A stretch of 64,000 nucleotides of DNA from an uncultured archaeon (GCA_964342815.1 CAYFHS010000001.1:1-64000); one strand, 5' to 3'. Numbered from the stretch's first letter, positions 28,143 through 39,416 are shown. The notes: generated by a model from the letters alone, not told the origin. Program-made: numbers and translations.

Positions 28143-29291
28143 TCAATCATTACTGTATCTCAATATGGCGGCGACACCGCCCAGGCTTTCAAGGTACGGC
28201 GATTCGTCTATGAATTCAAGCTCGCCGCCGCTCCTCACCACGAACTCAATGATCTCCTCCACCACATCTACCTGTGAGGTCGGGCCCTTGCAGTAGGGAC
28301 AGGCTTTTTTCATACCCATTTGTACCGCCTGGCAGTTCTCACATATCCACCCTGCGATGGGGTGCCCCTTGAGAATGAACAATTCTCGTACGATCCCATT
28401 CCGGGACGCGTCTACTACATTGTCCAGCCCGTAAACGGCGGGTCCACCTGTCAGTATCATTTTTTGAAGAAGGTCTACCGAGCGGTTACCTGCGATCTTC
28501 TCGTCCTCGTGAACTATATCTGTAATGTTCTTTATCATGTCTGCGAGAGAGATGTTCTTGTCCATATCCAGTACACGGCTTACCTTTTCTTTCTGATCGG
28601 GAGTAAGATATTCCAGTATCTCTTTTTTACCCTTTCCCGGGCCCGCTAGAATTATGGATACTATGCCGCTCTCTTCGGACACTACCTCATTTATATCTCT
28701 AGCCACCTTCTTGTAGAATTTATCCACTGCTTCCTTTCTTAAGCGGTTGAAGCGCATCTGGGACCATCCTCCTTTCTTATGACGGCCCATAACGTCGGTT
28801 TCCACTTCCTTTGATTCCTCGATCTGCCGGGCTCCCATCAGATATATCTGTGCCGATGTCCCGTCGATGAATACAAGCAGGAACTGTTCCCATTCATCCT
28901 GTAACAATGCCAAGGGCTTAATATAGGGCGAGGAGTCCACGACGAACAGGTTTTCCGGTGGTATGGATAGCTGGTAAACACGATAGAAATCATTTTTTTT
29001 GGAACCGACCAAGGCCAGACCCCGCTCCTGGTCCAGGTGAGGGATTTTTTCCAGGCGCTCCATCATTTCATCGAAGGTTTTATTCACGTTCTCCCGGAGA
29101 TCTGCACGGCCGTGGAGGGCTTTTAGGCAGTTTCGCATTCTTTTATCGATGAATTTTTTCCAGTTCTTATCGATCAGATTTATGAAAACTGTCACGAAGC
29201 TGTCGTCGCTATCCTCGTCATAAACACTTGCGAGCTCTCTAATGTCGATATCCTGTAATGTCTTCATTTCGCCGTCCATTGTTTTCGCCAC
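28143..29291 (-). CDS. aRF1/eRF1-family paralog (VLRF1/baeRF-type release or rescue factor)
   Basis: HKKGGWSQMRFNR catalytic loop (not GGQ), IILAGPG, eRF1 domain 3 with CENC..CPYC and LESLGGVAAILRY; no NIKS motif. Confidence 0.8.
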   Translation of the reverse strand: MAKTMDGEMKTLQDIDIRELASVYDEDSDDSFVTVFINLIDKNWKKFIDKRMRNCLKALHGRADLRENVNKTFDEMMERLEKIPHLDQERGLALVGSKKNDFYRVYQLSIPPENLFVVDSSPYIKPLALLQDEWEQFLLVFIDGTSAQIYLMGARQIEESKEVETDVMGRHKKGGWSQMRFNRLRKEAVDKFYKKVARDINEVVSEESGIVSIILAGPGKGKKEILEYLTPDQKEKVSRVLDMDKNISLADMIKNITDIVHEDEKIAGNRSVDLLQKMILTGGPAVYGLDNVVDASRNGIVRELFILKGHPIAGWICENCQAVQMGMKKACPYCKGPTSQVDVVEEIIEFVVRSGGELEFIDESPYLESLGGVAAILRYSND

Positions 29292-29451
29292 CCGTGGTCG
29301 TTAGTACGATACACGATGACCACTTTCCCGATAATTTAAAGATAGTGCCTTGATTATCAATATATAACATAAGTTTCGCAATGAATAAACAAAATTGTGA
29401 GATAAATCTATAATAGTGCCGAGGATTTAAGGTAGAGATTGGAGAGATGGA

Positions 29452-31188
29452 ATGACAACGCGTGACCTAACATTTCTGAACCTTCTCGATTCTGAGAAAA
29501 GAAAGGTAGAACTGACACCCGATAGTAATGATCCCGAGGGTTTTTTTACGGAATTGCTCGATAACTGCGAAAAAAAAATCCCTTATGGTTTTGGGTTTAT
29601 AGAGGAATTCATACGGGGCCAGGCTGAGGAGATAGGAATTCCATTTAAGGCCCTTGCTGAATCCATAAGCCGAAGGAACCATGGAGCTCTGGACAAGGAC
29701 GGCAGCTCATTCGATAAAGTTCTCGATTTTATACGGCAAAGGACCGAGTTCGAGCGGATGATTATCAAAGAAAACCTGAGGACGATGGCCCTGAATCCTA
29801 TTGAATATATTTTATTCGATATGGGCCTGGAGCTTATGCCGATTATAGATTTTCTTTTTTTCAGATGGAAGGAGGCGGTTCCCGACGTATTGAAGCGAAC
29901 CGCTCAAAAATTGAATATGGAGCGCTCTGAAGTTGCACAATTTCTCATCGACAGGAGGCTGAATGATCGATATGCGGTTGTTGTAGACACGGACACGGGA
30001 CACCCCCCATTCATTTATGAAGAAAGTGGAAAGTACCGGGAGATCTCTAACGGAGTTTTCTTCCAGCTGGAAAGTATGGAGATCCGCCGTATACTCATGA
30101 ACGGAATAAAAAAATTGAAAGACCTTTCGAATCTCAATGAAACCGGGAACTGGATCGCATATTTCGAAGCGTGGGCCGCGGCAGTGGTGAACGATAACGC
30201 GGACCTGCACGAAATATTGTGGGAAAAGGTTGATGATGCCTGGGTGCTATGCAGCGGCCGTGTTATGATGGTACATCCCATGGAAGAGGGTTATGCCGAT
30301 CCTATCCGGATAATGCCCGAAGTGAGGGTATTGCTGCAGCTGAACGATGCAAAGGACATGATAGCAGCCATCAAACAGCGTATGCTCGAATGGGAGGAGG
30401 AGCTTTACAGCGACCACCCCCGCTATCCGCAGTTCCGCACAGCTCTCGAGAACACATATGCCGGTGTGTTCATCACACCTCTGTACAGCGGCGAGGATTT
30501 CGATTTCAGATTCTCCGGACAGATCGTGCCAAATAGAAGCCAGGTGCGGATAAAGGGAACCAAGATATTTCTGGACCGCAATTCCTGCAGGAACAAGATC
30601 GATATCTATCGTGAAACGGTGGAGCGATATTTCACGGAAGATTTCGCAAGGATGTTCAACGAGATGGTAAGTCCTGAAACTTTTCTTTATTACGTGATTG
30701 CCCACGAATGCGGTCATTCGGTACTGATTGGCAAGGACACCAGAGAAAAGATGGGAGACAACTACAGAAACGTTGAGGAATTCAAGGCAAGCCATATCGG
30801 TATGGAGGTTCTTATGACAATGGTGGATCAGCTTCCTCCGGGCTACCTTGACTCTCTTTCATTGTTCATTGTAGCCAGGATAATACGATTTATGACGAAA
30901 GGTATGAGGGGCGACAAGACACTGGAGCCTTATTACAAGGAATCATTGATCCAGCTGAATGTGCTTCTTGATTGGAATTATTTAAACTTCGAGAACGGAA
31001 AACTCAGTTTCAAATTGGAGAACCGGGCAGCCTTCTTCAGATCCATTCTTAAGATAAACGACGAATTGAAAAAGCTGTATCTTGAGGAAGATTGGGCGAG
31101 AGTGCGGGAGTTCCGTTTGAAGTACACAGCTGTTGATGATGGGATACGAGAGATTTTCGACTATCTGGACAATTATTCCAACCAGTGA
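29452..31188 (+). CDS. Zinc metallopeptidase, M49 (DPP III)-like
   Basis: GQIVPN, AHECGH, downstream EEFKA third-ligand motif. Confidence 0.65.
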   Translation: MTTRDLTFLNLLDSEKRKVELTPDSNDPEGFFTELLDNCEKKIPYGFGFIEEFIRGQAEEIGIPFKALAESISRRNHGALDKDGSSFDKVLDFIRQRTEFERMIIKENLRTMALNPIEYILFDMGLELMPIIDFLFFRWKEAVPDVLKRTAQKLNMERSEVAQFLIDRRLNDRYAVVVDTDTGHPPFIYEESGKYREISNGVFFQLESMEIRRILMNGIKKLKDLSNLNETGNWIAYFEAWAAAVVNDNADLHEILWEKVDDAWVLCSGRVMMVHPMEEGYADPIRIMPEVRVLLQLNDAKDMIAAIKQRMLEWEEELYSDHPRYPQFRTALENTYAGVFITPLYSGEDFDFRFSGQIVPNRSQVRIKGTKIFLDRNSCRNKIDIYRETVERYFTEDFARMFNEMVSPETFLYYVIAHECGHSVLIGKDTREKMGDNYRNVEEFKASHIGMEVLMTMVDQLPPGYLDSLSLFIVARIIRFMTKGMRGDKTLEPYYKESLIQLNVLLDWNYLNFENGKLSFKLENRAAFFRSILKINDELKKLYLEEDWARVREFRLKYTAVDDGIREIFDYLDNYSNQ

Positions 31189-31241
31189 GGATTAATTTCT
31201 TTGTCCGCTTCCACGAAGAACTGCACTCATTACGGAAAAGA

Positions 31242-34200
31242 TCAAAAACTATCTTTAATGTCTTTCGAGATCAATTTGTACTCTTCTACTGTAATTTCCT
31301 TGTTCAACAACTGCTTGAGAAGCCCTCTTAGGAGATCTCCTTTCTCGTCCCATTCCACCGTTACCTCCACTTCCTTTTTTGCCGATTTTTGACTGTCCTC
31401 CACACTCTGAATGATCGCTTCTTGACTAACTGTACTGATCATACCCTGATAGTCCACACCACAGTCGGGGCATTTCCCTATCTTGATACCGCACGACAGG
31501 TGAGAGATATTTCCGCATGAGCACCTTGCTGCCTGCAGTCCAGCGCTGATATTGCCGAAGCAGATGGAGCATGGCATTGGCTCCTCGATCCGGAACGCGC
31601 TCGCGTTCTTCACGGATAGATAGGATAATTTCATTTTACCTTTATTGGCTGAAATCGTGGAGGAGGCTGCATTCGGAGGTGGCGGAGCGGCATCCGGCGG
31701 TGGCGGCAGGTCCGATCCCTCCGCCCCGGGGAACAGCTCGGATACTAGAGATGGAGCTATTGTGGGCTCCGGTGGAGGTACGGAGGGGGCCGGTGGACTG
31801 GGAATCGTTTTTGCCGGAAGGGGATCCGGCGGTTGTATTGTTACAGAAGGAGTGATTGGAGCAGTTGGCGCCGAACCAACCATTGGAAGTGCGGGAACTT
31901 CCGGTGTTTTTGCCGTTTCTTCCGATTTCTGTGGAAGGGCTACCGTGGGAACCGGTACCGCAGGTTGTGCGGGAGGGACGCTTGTGGACTGAGGCAACGC
32001 CTTCGGTTCTTCCTTGGACTGCCCCGTGACCTTCAGCTGCGGTAGTGTGACCTTGGGAGCCGGAGTGAGCGGTTTGTGATGGTATGACTGCTGCTTTGTC
32101 GGTAAATTATAGCTTAGCCGACCCACGAAAGATGCACTTTGAGGTTGAGGGCTTGATATGGAAAGCATGTCGAGATCGGCTTTTGTTATTCCGCCTCTTG
32201 GCCTTGCCTCGATCTCCGCTTCGATGACTTCGCTTTCATCCTCTTTTTTCTTCTTCGATCTCAGCACCAGGAATATCAGGATGGCGATGATAGCTATGAA
32301 GAGAATAACGGCGATGATATACAGGGTCCAGCTTTTTGACCTGTTATCGGGGGTGACAGATGTTTCTCCTTCCACCACTTTCACTTTGATTGAAGCAATT
32401 GTTTCCTCCTCAGAGTAGCTCGCCCTGATTGTGAGATCGTACGTCTTCAATTCGAGCTTCGATTCAGCAAATATTTTCACGCTGATGGATTTCTCCTCAC
32501 CGATTTCCAGTTCAACCACATTATCCTTGCTGACGTGTTCTTTCAATTCACCCATTACCTCAAGGTCGATCTTTTCTCTCATATTTCCAACGTTTATGAA
32601 GGTCAGATTTACTGTAACGGAAGCACCCTGTGACACTTCTATTGAATCGGCATTGAAGCTAATCTCCACTTTATGAATGGGAACAAAATCCAACTGGATA
32701 ACAAAATGCCATATGTCGCTCTCAAAAATACCTGAAATTCCATTTAATTCCGCTGATATTTTCCAATAATACGTTTTATTGTCGCTGAGTTCTCCGATGC
32801 GGAGAAATTTATTTTCAATCTCCTTTTCCCAAAGAGTCATATTTTGCAATGAATCACCAAGATACAAACGGTACGTACCGTACCCTTCATGACCTTGCAG
32901 GATCCAAGACAGATTAACCGAATCGTTACTGATAATTGTTCCATTTTGTGGTGATTGAAGTAATATGGTTATTTTCGGGCGCTCCGAAGAATTTATTATT
33001 TCGGTGGTAATGTTCTTGTAGGCTTCTCCACCATCGTTATCCGTTACCCTGAACCGGATCTTACCAAGGCCGCTCTTTTCTGGAGAGACCGGCCATATCT
33101 CAAGGGCGGTTCTATTCTTCATATATGCATCGAAAAGAGATAACGGGGAATATTCAATTACTTCCCATGTTAGATCAACGGCTTTGTCTTCAAGATCGTT
33201 GGCATGATTGGAAAGATCGATTATCATTTTTCCATCGTTATAAACCGACAAGTCGGTGAAATTAATTTCTATGGAAGGTAGGTTGTTCTTAACAGTAATT
33301 GTATCGTTGAAATAGTACCAGATGCTGGATTTATTTTGCCGGTCTGAAGCCTTTACCCGAAAGGAATGCTTTCCTATTTCCATATCGAATCCCGGAGTGT
33401 ATGTGGCAGTGAAATTGTCACCGAGAAAATCATACCAGCTTTCAAGAGATTTCCAGGAAGATAGTGTAGAGCTTGCTTCAACCAAGGGGACATTGATATC
33501 GGTTCCGTTTTCCGGATCGGAGGCTTCAATATACAAATAAAGGTTCTGACCGCGGAAGACCTCTTTCGTTGATAAGTCGAAACCGATAATGGCCGGAGGA
33601 TCGTTTACGTCGATGATTCTTAGAACAAATTCCGTAAAGTCATGCCCTCCGTTGCCGTCATCTACTGAAATATTGATAGTGTATGAACCAACGTCTTCAT
33701 TTTCCGGGATCCCATTCAGAACTCCCGTTGAAGTATTGAAATTCAGCCAAACAGCATCGGTGGTCATCTGCCAGATGATTTCACCCTGGTCATCATCGGT
33801 GGAATTGTAGTCAACGTAATACAATTGATCTTGTCTTGCGGATATTTTATTTTCGGTGCTTATTTCTGGCGGGCTATTGTTGACCACGACGGTAAAATTA
33901 ATGAAATCGGAATAAATACCCCCCTGTACTCGTAGTTTTGCCCAATAAGTGCCCACGTGCAGGTTTGACGGAATGCCTGTTATGTTATTGTTCACATCGT
34001 CCCAGTAAAGCCATGATGAATTTCCAGTCAAAGTCCAGGCATCCGGATCAACCCCAAGGGTGGAAAAATGATACGAAAATAATTCATCTTCATTGACATA
34101 TTTTATTGAAGGTCTTTGCTCGAGTCTAATACCCAATCCTACACTGAGATTCACAAGTTTTGTCAGATCAGTCCGAGAGGATATTTCTACCCATCCTCCC

Positions 34201-35981
34201 AGAGATGCATTGATCCATTTATATCTAGTGTTCGTCCGGTTGGCGATTGTAATATTTCCACGATATTTACCAGTATTCGGACCTGTTTCGTGTAGCCTGA
34301 GCTCAAATCCTTTGGCCGGATTGGAACTGCCCTTGATGTTGGTTAAAGCGATATTTGCTCGCGTGGGATCGGCATCGGGAGCTTCCAGTTCGAGATAAAC
34401 TTTTTTGCCTGATTCCGCAGAAAAGGTTTGAAGGGTGAAGTCCGGATCGGAAAATGCTTTTATTGAGGTGATGGATGCGGGAGGGGTGTTGTGGTCAGGG
34501 AAGCTAAGATATGTTTGACCAGCCCAATCCCCTCCTCCCTCCCCGTTACCCGGAGCTCCAATTAAAATATCATCATATCCGTCGCCATTAATATCACCCC
34601 CTCCCATGAGGGATTGACCTGCACAATCATTATTATACTCACCTAGAAATGATGCTTCTGCTGTAGAAAGATCTTGATCCATCGACCAGCCATTATTCTT
34701 CCCCAAAATTATGTAAACTTGACCTCCTTTTGTTCCTGAACCTGAAGGATTAGCGTAAGCTCCTATGATAATATCATCAAAACCATCTCCATTAACATCA
34801 CCACCGCCTGATATGTAATCTCCAGAGCTATCATACTTGTCCTCACCGATAAAGGATGCATTTGCTCCAACAAGATCAGTGTCCCTATTCCACCCTGAGG
34901 GTTTGCCAAAAATCAAATATGTCTGACCAGCTGATAAATCTCCCTCCTCATCAAAGCTGGCTCCTATCACGATATCGTCATACATGTCACCGTTAACATC
35001 CCCTGCACCCGCAACACTTATTCCCGCCCTATCACTATCATCTTCACCCCAAAATGAGGCTCCGGCAGTTGAAAGATGATTTTGCCAAGACCATCCCCTT
35101 TTTTTCCCAAAAATAAGATAAACTTGACCCGCAGCCATGTCTTTTTCATCATTATAAGGAGCTCCAATTAAAAAATCGTCGAAGTTGTCTCCGTTAACAT
35201 CCCCAGCACCAGCTACAGACCCTCCCGCAAAATCACCGGCCCATTCACCAATAAAATATGCATCTGCAAATAATAGACTTGTGTTTCTTCGATTCCTCCA
35301 TCCTGAGGCCTTCCCGAATATCAAATAAGTTTTACCTGGGCGGTCACGTTGATAATCTCGCCCGGGTGCACCTATTAAAATGTCATCATAACCGTCACCA
35401 TTTACATCCCCTGCGCAAGATAAAGAAGCACCTGCAAAATCATATTCATTTTCCCCAATGAAAGAAGCATTTGCCGAATACAATGGAGTATTCTTAGACC
35501 AACCCCCCTTTTTTCCAAAAATCAAGTAAATTTTACCTGCTGCTTTACTAGGGAGGTTATGCCCTATTGCTTGAATTAAAATGTCATCATAACCATCTCC
35601 ATTCACGTCTCCGGCCCCAGAAACAGTGTTTCCAGAAAATTCCCTTTCTACCCCGATGAAATTTGCATCGGCATCTGATAGGGATGTATCTCTCGCCCAT
35701 CCAGATTTTTTTCCAAATATCAAGTATGTCTTGCCTGCGCTGGTACTTGCATCGGAATTATCTCTCCCCCCTATTAACAAATCGTCGTACCCATCTCCAT
35801 TTACGTCACCTGCAATAGCAACAGATAATCCCGAAGTATCCCTCTCCCCACCTATGAAAGAAGCATCCACATTCGCTAAACCGGTATTCGGTCCCACATC
35901 CAACGCATCCGTTGGTACAAGTACGATATAGGTTGTTGTTATTAAAATTGTGATCATCAACAATACGTGACATTTATCCAT
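31242..35981 (-). CDS. FG-GAP (integrin-alpha-like) 7-bladed propeller surface protein with Ig/cadherin-like stalk, TM, Pro-rich tail and RING-like zinc finger
   Basis: Seven GD(V/I)NGDxxDD repeats; putative-Ig repeats; TM WTLYIIAVILFIAIIAILIFLVL; CSIC..CSCGNISHLSC..CPDC. Confidence 0.88.
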   Translation of the reverse strand: MDKCHVLLMITILITTTYIVLVPTDALDVGPNTGLANVDASFIGGERDTSGLSVAIAGDVNGDGYDDLLIGGRDNSDASTSAGKTYLIFGKKSGWARDTSLSDADANFIGVEREFSGNTVSGAGDVNGDGYDDILIQAIGHNLPSKAAGKIYLIFGKKGGWSKNTPLYSANASFIGENEYDFAGASLSCAGDVNGDGYDDILIGAPGRDYQRDRPGKTYLIFGKASGWRNRRNTSLLFADAYFIGEWAGDFAGGSVAGAGDVNGDNFDDFLIGAPYNDEKDMAAGQVYLIFGKKRGWSWQNHLSTAGASFWGEDDSDRAGISVAGAGDVNGDMYDDIVIGASFDEEGDLSAGQTYLIFGKPSGWNRDTDLVGANASFIGEDKYDSSGDYISGGGDVNGDGFDDIIIGAYANPSGSGTKGGQVYIILGKNNGWSMDQDLSTAEASFLGEYNNDCAGQSLMGGGDINGDGYDDILIGAPGNGEGGGDWAGQTYLSFPDHNTPPASITSIKAFSDPDFTLQTFSAESGKKVYLELEAPDADPTRANIALTNIKGSSNPAKGFELRLHETGPNTGKYRGNITIANRTNTRYKWINASLGGWVEISSRTDLTKLVNLSVGLGIRLEQRPSIKYVNEDELFSYHFSTLGVDPDAWTLTGNSSWLYWDDVNNNITGIPSNLHVGTYWAKLRVQGGIYSDFINFTVVVNNSPPEISTENKISARQDQLYYVDYNSTDDDQGEIIWQMTTDAVWLNFNTSTGVLNGIPENEDVGSYTINISVDDGNGGHDFTEFVLRIIDVNDPPAIIGFDLSTKEVFRGQNLYLYIEASDPENGTDINVPLVEASSTLSSWKSLESWYDFLGDNFTATYTPGFDMEIGKHSFRVKASDRQNKSSIWYYFNDTITVKNNLPSIEINFTDLSVYNDGKMIIDLSNHANDLEDKAVDLTWEVIEYSPLSLFDAYMKNRTALEIWPVSPEKSGLGKIRFRVTDNDGGEAYKNITTEIINSSERPKITILLQSPQNGTIISNDSVNLSWILQGHEGYGTYRLYLGDSLQNMTLWEKEIENKFLRIGELSDNKTYYWKISAELNGISGIFESDIWHFVIQLDFVPIHKVEISFNADSIEVSQGASVTVNLTFINVGNMREKIDLEVMGELKEHVSKDNVVELEIGEEKSISVKIFAESKLELKTYDLTIRASYSEEETIASIKVKVVEGETSVTPDNRSKSWTLYIIAVILFIAIIAILIFLVLRSKKKKEDESEVIEAEIEARPRGGITKADLDMLSISSPQPQSASFVGRLSYNLPTKQQSYHHKPLTPAPKVTLPQLKVTGQSKEEPKALPQSTSVPPAQPAVPVPTVALPQKSEETAKTPEVPALPMVGSAPTAPITPSVTIQPPDPLPAKTIPSPPAPSVPPPEPTIAPSLVSELFPGAEGSDLPPPPDAAPPPPNAASSTISANKGKMKLSYLSVKNASAFRIEEPMPCSICFGNISAGLQAARCSCGNISHLSCGIKIGKCPDCGVDYQGMISTVSQEAIIQSVEDSQKSAKKEVEVTVEWDEKGDLLRGLLKQLLNKEITVEEYKLISKDIKDSF

Positions 35982-36567
35982 TTTTTACACCAGAGTGAGA
36001 TTGCCTAGGAGCAAATAATATGTGACAATAATACCTCAATACTTATATGGACTTTCCGCTTAGTTTCTGACCGGCCTGAAGATTTTTGTACAATAATTAT
36101 AAACCATCCTTCGACGTGAAAATCTGAGGAAAAATAATAAAATTTCTTATACCAATTCTCTAAAATATCAAAAACTCTCATCAACATCCTTCGATATCAA
36201 CTTGTTCTCGCAAACCTTAAAATCCAATTTCTCTTCCCCGTCCTTACAAATATCCCCTCTCTCTCAAGGTACTCGTTTCTCATGCGTATAAAGTTGATAG
36301 AATCAATGAGCTTCCACTGCGGAGATGGACGCTGTCTCACCTATCAGATACACTTGCATCTTCGGCAGCTGTACCTATGGACATTAGCTGGAGTTCACAG
36401 CTCCTCCAGCCCAGAGAAAATAACTACGATAGTGTCGACAGGAATGGATAAAACGCAAAATCTCTAAACTATATGGAAAAAGAAAAAAAGGTCAATCACA
36501 GCAAACTGCTATTTAGGGAAACCGCTGCAATTGACCATGGTTAAGCAGATCATCACTTATACTGGAT

Positions 36568-38388
36568 TCATTGGCGTTTTCGTTTTATAATAAAAACAAT
36601 GGGGCACCCGATAGCAACCAGGACCAGGGCAATTTCGAAAATTGGAGGGGATATGATCTCCTTTTCTTCATGTTGGATGGAAGATTGAGAGCTCGTCCGA
36701 TTTTTATCGACTTTTATCACCCCAACTAGTATTTCCTCGGGCTCTTCAGACTCGTCGGCCTCATCAGTCTTTATTTCTTCCTCCTCTACCAATAGTTCTT
36801 TTATTTCCGCTTCTTCTTTGTCTTCTTCTGTAACCGCTTCATCGATTTCCTCTACGGGATCAATATCGTCGGGAACTTCTTCGATGCTTTCTTCATCGTC
36901 GCTTTCCGCGGTCACCTCTTCTTCGGTGCTTATTTCAACAATTTCTTCATCGGATTCCGGCTCGTCCACATCAAATTCCTCCATCTCAACCGACTCATCC
37001 TCCAATTCAGGGGTAACTTCGCTGACCTCATCGTCATATATTAGCTCCCCATCCGGCTCACTAACGTCGTCAGTATACGCCTCATCGGTATCGTTGGAGC
37101 CGCCCCCGCCCCAATCTTCATAGCTCTCATTTCCGCTATCGCCACCTCGGGTCACTGACCTCGTTTCATTATTTTCGTTCTTTTCATCCTCCGGATCGTT
37201 ATTGACAACCGGAAGGGCCACACCATCAACTACTCTACCCACAGTGCGTATGATGTCATTGTTGGCCGGCTCGACTCTCCTCCCGGACAGTTCGCTTTTT
37301 ACCACACGAACGAACAGGTTTTCCAAAGTTGTTACTATGAACCCCGGTAAATGTGGTTCACCGTGAGAGTCTCCAATACCAGAATCGTCCGTAAGAAACA
37401 GATAACGTCCATGTGTCAGGCATGCTGCTGTTCTTAATATATATTCGGCAGTATTGCCGGCGCCGCTGGCTACAAGCGGGTGGATGTGTATCCCCTTTTT
37501 CCTTGCTTCATATACATGGTCAAGAGTGTCCTGTAACTTGTCGCTGTGAGGGGGAGCATCGGCGATCAGGAACATCAGTCTTACAGTGTTTCCATCCCGC
37601 CACTGACACTCGGATGCCTTTTCTAGAGCCTGATCCATCGCTTCCGGCAGATCGCCCCCGCCTCCCGCTTCCTGGTCTGAAAGCTGCCCTTGCATAATAT
37701 CGAGAGAGTCCGTGAACTCATATGAGCGGACAACGTATTCATCTCCGGTATCACGGTAGACTACCAAACCATATCTCATGGAGACGCCAGGATATTCTTC
37801 GGAAATATTACCTATAATGGTTTTAAATTCGGTGGTGAGATAAGATAGTTCATCGGACATGCTCCCGGTGGTATCCACCACGAACATCAAATCCAGGGAA
37901 TCCGGAAGTACGGTTTTGTAATCTTCCAGCATGACGTTCATGACCCTGTTATCATTTAGATCATCCAAATTCAGATCGAGGATTACTTCGGAGCTTTCCC
38001 TGTCGGGCGCGGTGACGGTCACCGTGAAATTCACCTCATCACCGGCACTGTCGATTGTGGGAAAGAAGCGGAATATGCCGTTTGATCCCGCGTAGGTTTC
38101 GATGAGGGGAAGCTCCCCGCCTTCGGGAGTGATACTCACATATGCATTACTGACCACGTTCTCATCCGCATCCAGAATGCGAAACGTGACTCGGTCATCA
38201 AGCTGGACTCGGGGCAAAACCTCATCTAAGTCCAGATCCTGCATCGTTCCTAAAAAATTATTAAAAAATCCGAAATTGAGATTGTCATCGACATCTCCGG
38301 CCGTTAGCAGGGCACAGCTTGCATTTCCAAAAGGAAACGCGACTATCAAAAGAAAAATGATCAAACCGCTTATTCTTATATTGTCCAT
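36568..38388 (-). CDS. Membrane-anchored von Willebrand factor A domain protein with acidic stalk
   Basis: MIDAS DTTGS; GGGDLPEAMDQAL; LIADAPPH; GAGGTGA SD before ATG 38388; C-terminal TM followed by KRKRQ. Confidence 0.88.
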   Translation of the reverse strand: MDNIRISGLIIFLLIVAFPFGNASCALLTAGDVDDNLNFGFFNNFLGTMQDLDLDEVLPRVQLDDRVTFRILDADENVVSNAYVSITPEGGELPLIETYAGSNGIFRFFPTIDSAGDEVNFTVTVTAPDRESSEVILDLNLDDLNDNRVMNVMLEDYKTVLPDSLDLMFVVDTTGSMSDELSYLTTEFKTIIGNISEEYPGVSMRYGLVVYRDTGDEYVVRSYEFTDSLDIMQGQLSDQEAGGGGDLPEAMDQALEKASECQWRDGNTVRLMFLIADAPPHSDKLQDTLDHVYEARKKGIHIHPLVASGAGNTAEYILRTAACLTHGRYLFLTDDSGIGDSHGEPHLPGFIVTTLENLFVRVVKSELSGRRVEPANNDIIRTVGRVVDGVALPVVNNDPEDEKNENNETRSVTRGGDSGNESYEDWGGGGSNDTDEAYTDDVSEPDGELIYDDEVSEVTPELEDESVEMEEFDVDEPESDEEIVEISTEEEVTAESDDEESIEEVPDDIDPVEEIDEAVTEEDKEEAEIKELLVEEEEIKTDEADESEEPEEILVGVIKVDKNRTSSQSSIQHEEKEIISPPIFEIALVLVAIGCPIVFIIKRKRQ

Positions 38389-38625
38389 TTTTTTCACCTC
38401 GTTTTTTAGCTCGGAGGGAAACCCGATATTGATAACAATGTCGGGTAATACCCCTCTCAGTCTAATTATGTCGAGGGAATCGGGTAAATATAAGAAGATT
38501 GGCACAATAACTTCCAGCCCCGGAGGGATTATATGAACAGATCGTAAAAACTAATTTATAATGAATTATAACACGGATCACCCATCCTCTCGGACCTCTA
38601 CTGGTTCCACCAACCCAACCAATAT

Positions 38626-39261
38626 CTATTGAATATAAACCAGATCCGGTTCCTTCGCCCCTTCCTTCTCTTTGATGGTGTCCATGATCTTCTTCATGAA
38701 CTCTTCGGCATAAACTTTCTCCATTCCCACCCGCTGGATCAGAAATTTTAAAATGTCGTCTTTGGAATCCCCGCCTTTTACCTTGTCGGAAACCATCTGT
38801 GCGGTGCGCTCGAGCATGGCCGTGGACAGCTCTTTGGTAAGACCAAGGGCCTCCACCACGTGGTGTGCACCGAAGGAAATGGCGGTGATGGCCTCGTTGA
38901 ATTCTGTTTTGTTAAGGCTCGTAAGTGACAGGTCCACGATAAGTACGACCCTCTGTTCTTCGCCTACCAGGCCGGTCTTCATCAGGTTGAGGTTCGTGTT
39001 CATGTAAAGCAGTTTCTTGTAAGCCCGCATCCTCATCTCCACCTCGATGGTATCAGTGGGTATTGCTGTATCCATGTAGATGTTCGCGAACTCTTCGGAG
39101 ACGTGGATCACTATGGGGAACGGTATCTTCGGGTGTGCCGCTGTAATAATATCTTTTTCCTCCTCCACCTTTACCTCTATATCCCACGGCATGTCGATAA
39201 CCCTGGAGGCTTCCTCTTTTCCCTTCTTCAGCCATCTTGTGAATTTTTCGGTCCATTCCAT
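38626..39261 (-). CDS. Hypothetical protein, possible YbjN/CesT chaperone-like fold
   Basis: GGTGA SD before ATG 39261; beta-helix pattern (AYKKLLYMN..LNLMKTGL..RVVLIVDLSLTSLNKTEFNEAI). Confidence 0.55.
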   Translation of the reverse strand: MEWTEKFTRWLKKGKEEASRVIDMPWDIEVKVEEEKDIITAAHPKIPFPIVIHVSEEFANIYMDTAIPTDTIEVEMRMRAYKKLLYMNTNLNLMKTGLVGEEQRVVLIVDLSLTSLNKTEFNEAITAISFGAHHVVEALGLTKELSTAMLERTAQMVSDKVKGGDSKDDILKFLIQRVGMEKVYAEEFMKKIMDTIKEKEGAKEPDLVYIQ

Positions 39262-39416
39262 CTTTTCACCCGGGCACTTACATGGTTTCATAGTAATTAA
39301 AACCAAGTCTTTGAAAGTCACCGAGGAGAAATATGAATCAATCGAAAGATCATCCAGAGTTATTTTTATGTGATCCAGGATAATATCTCTTCACCCATAA
39401 CTCTTCTATCCAAAGA

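Noticed and set aside
36005-36467. Small ORFs and a CxxC-like fragment in the 580-bp spacer, considered as an IS remnant
   Set aside because: No transposase motif, terminal repeats or consistent frame
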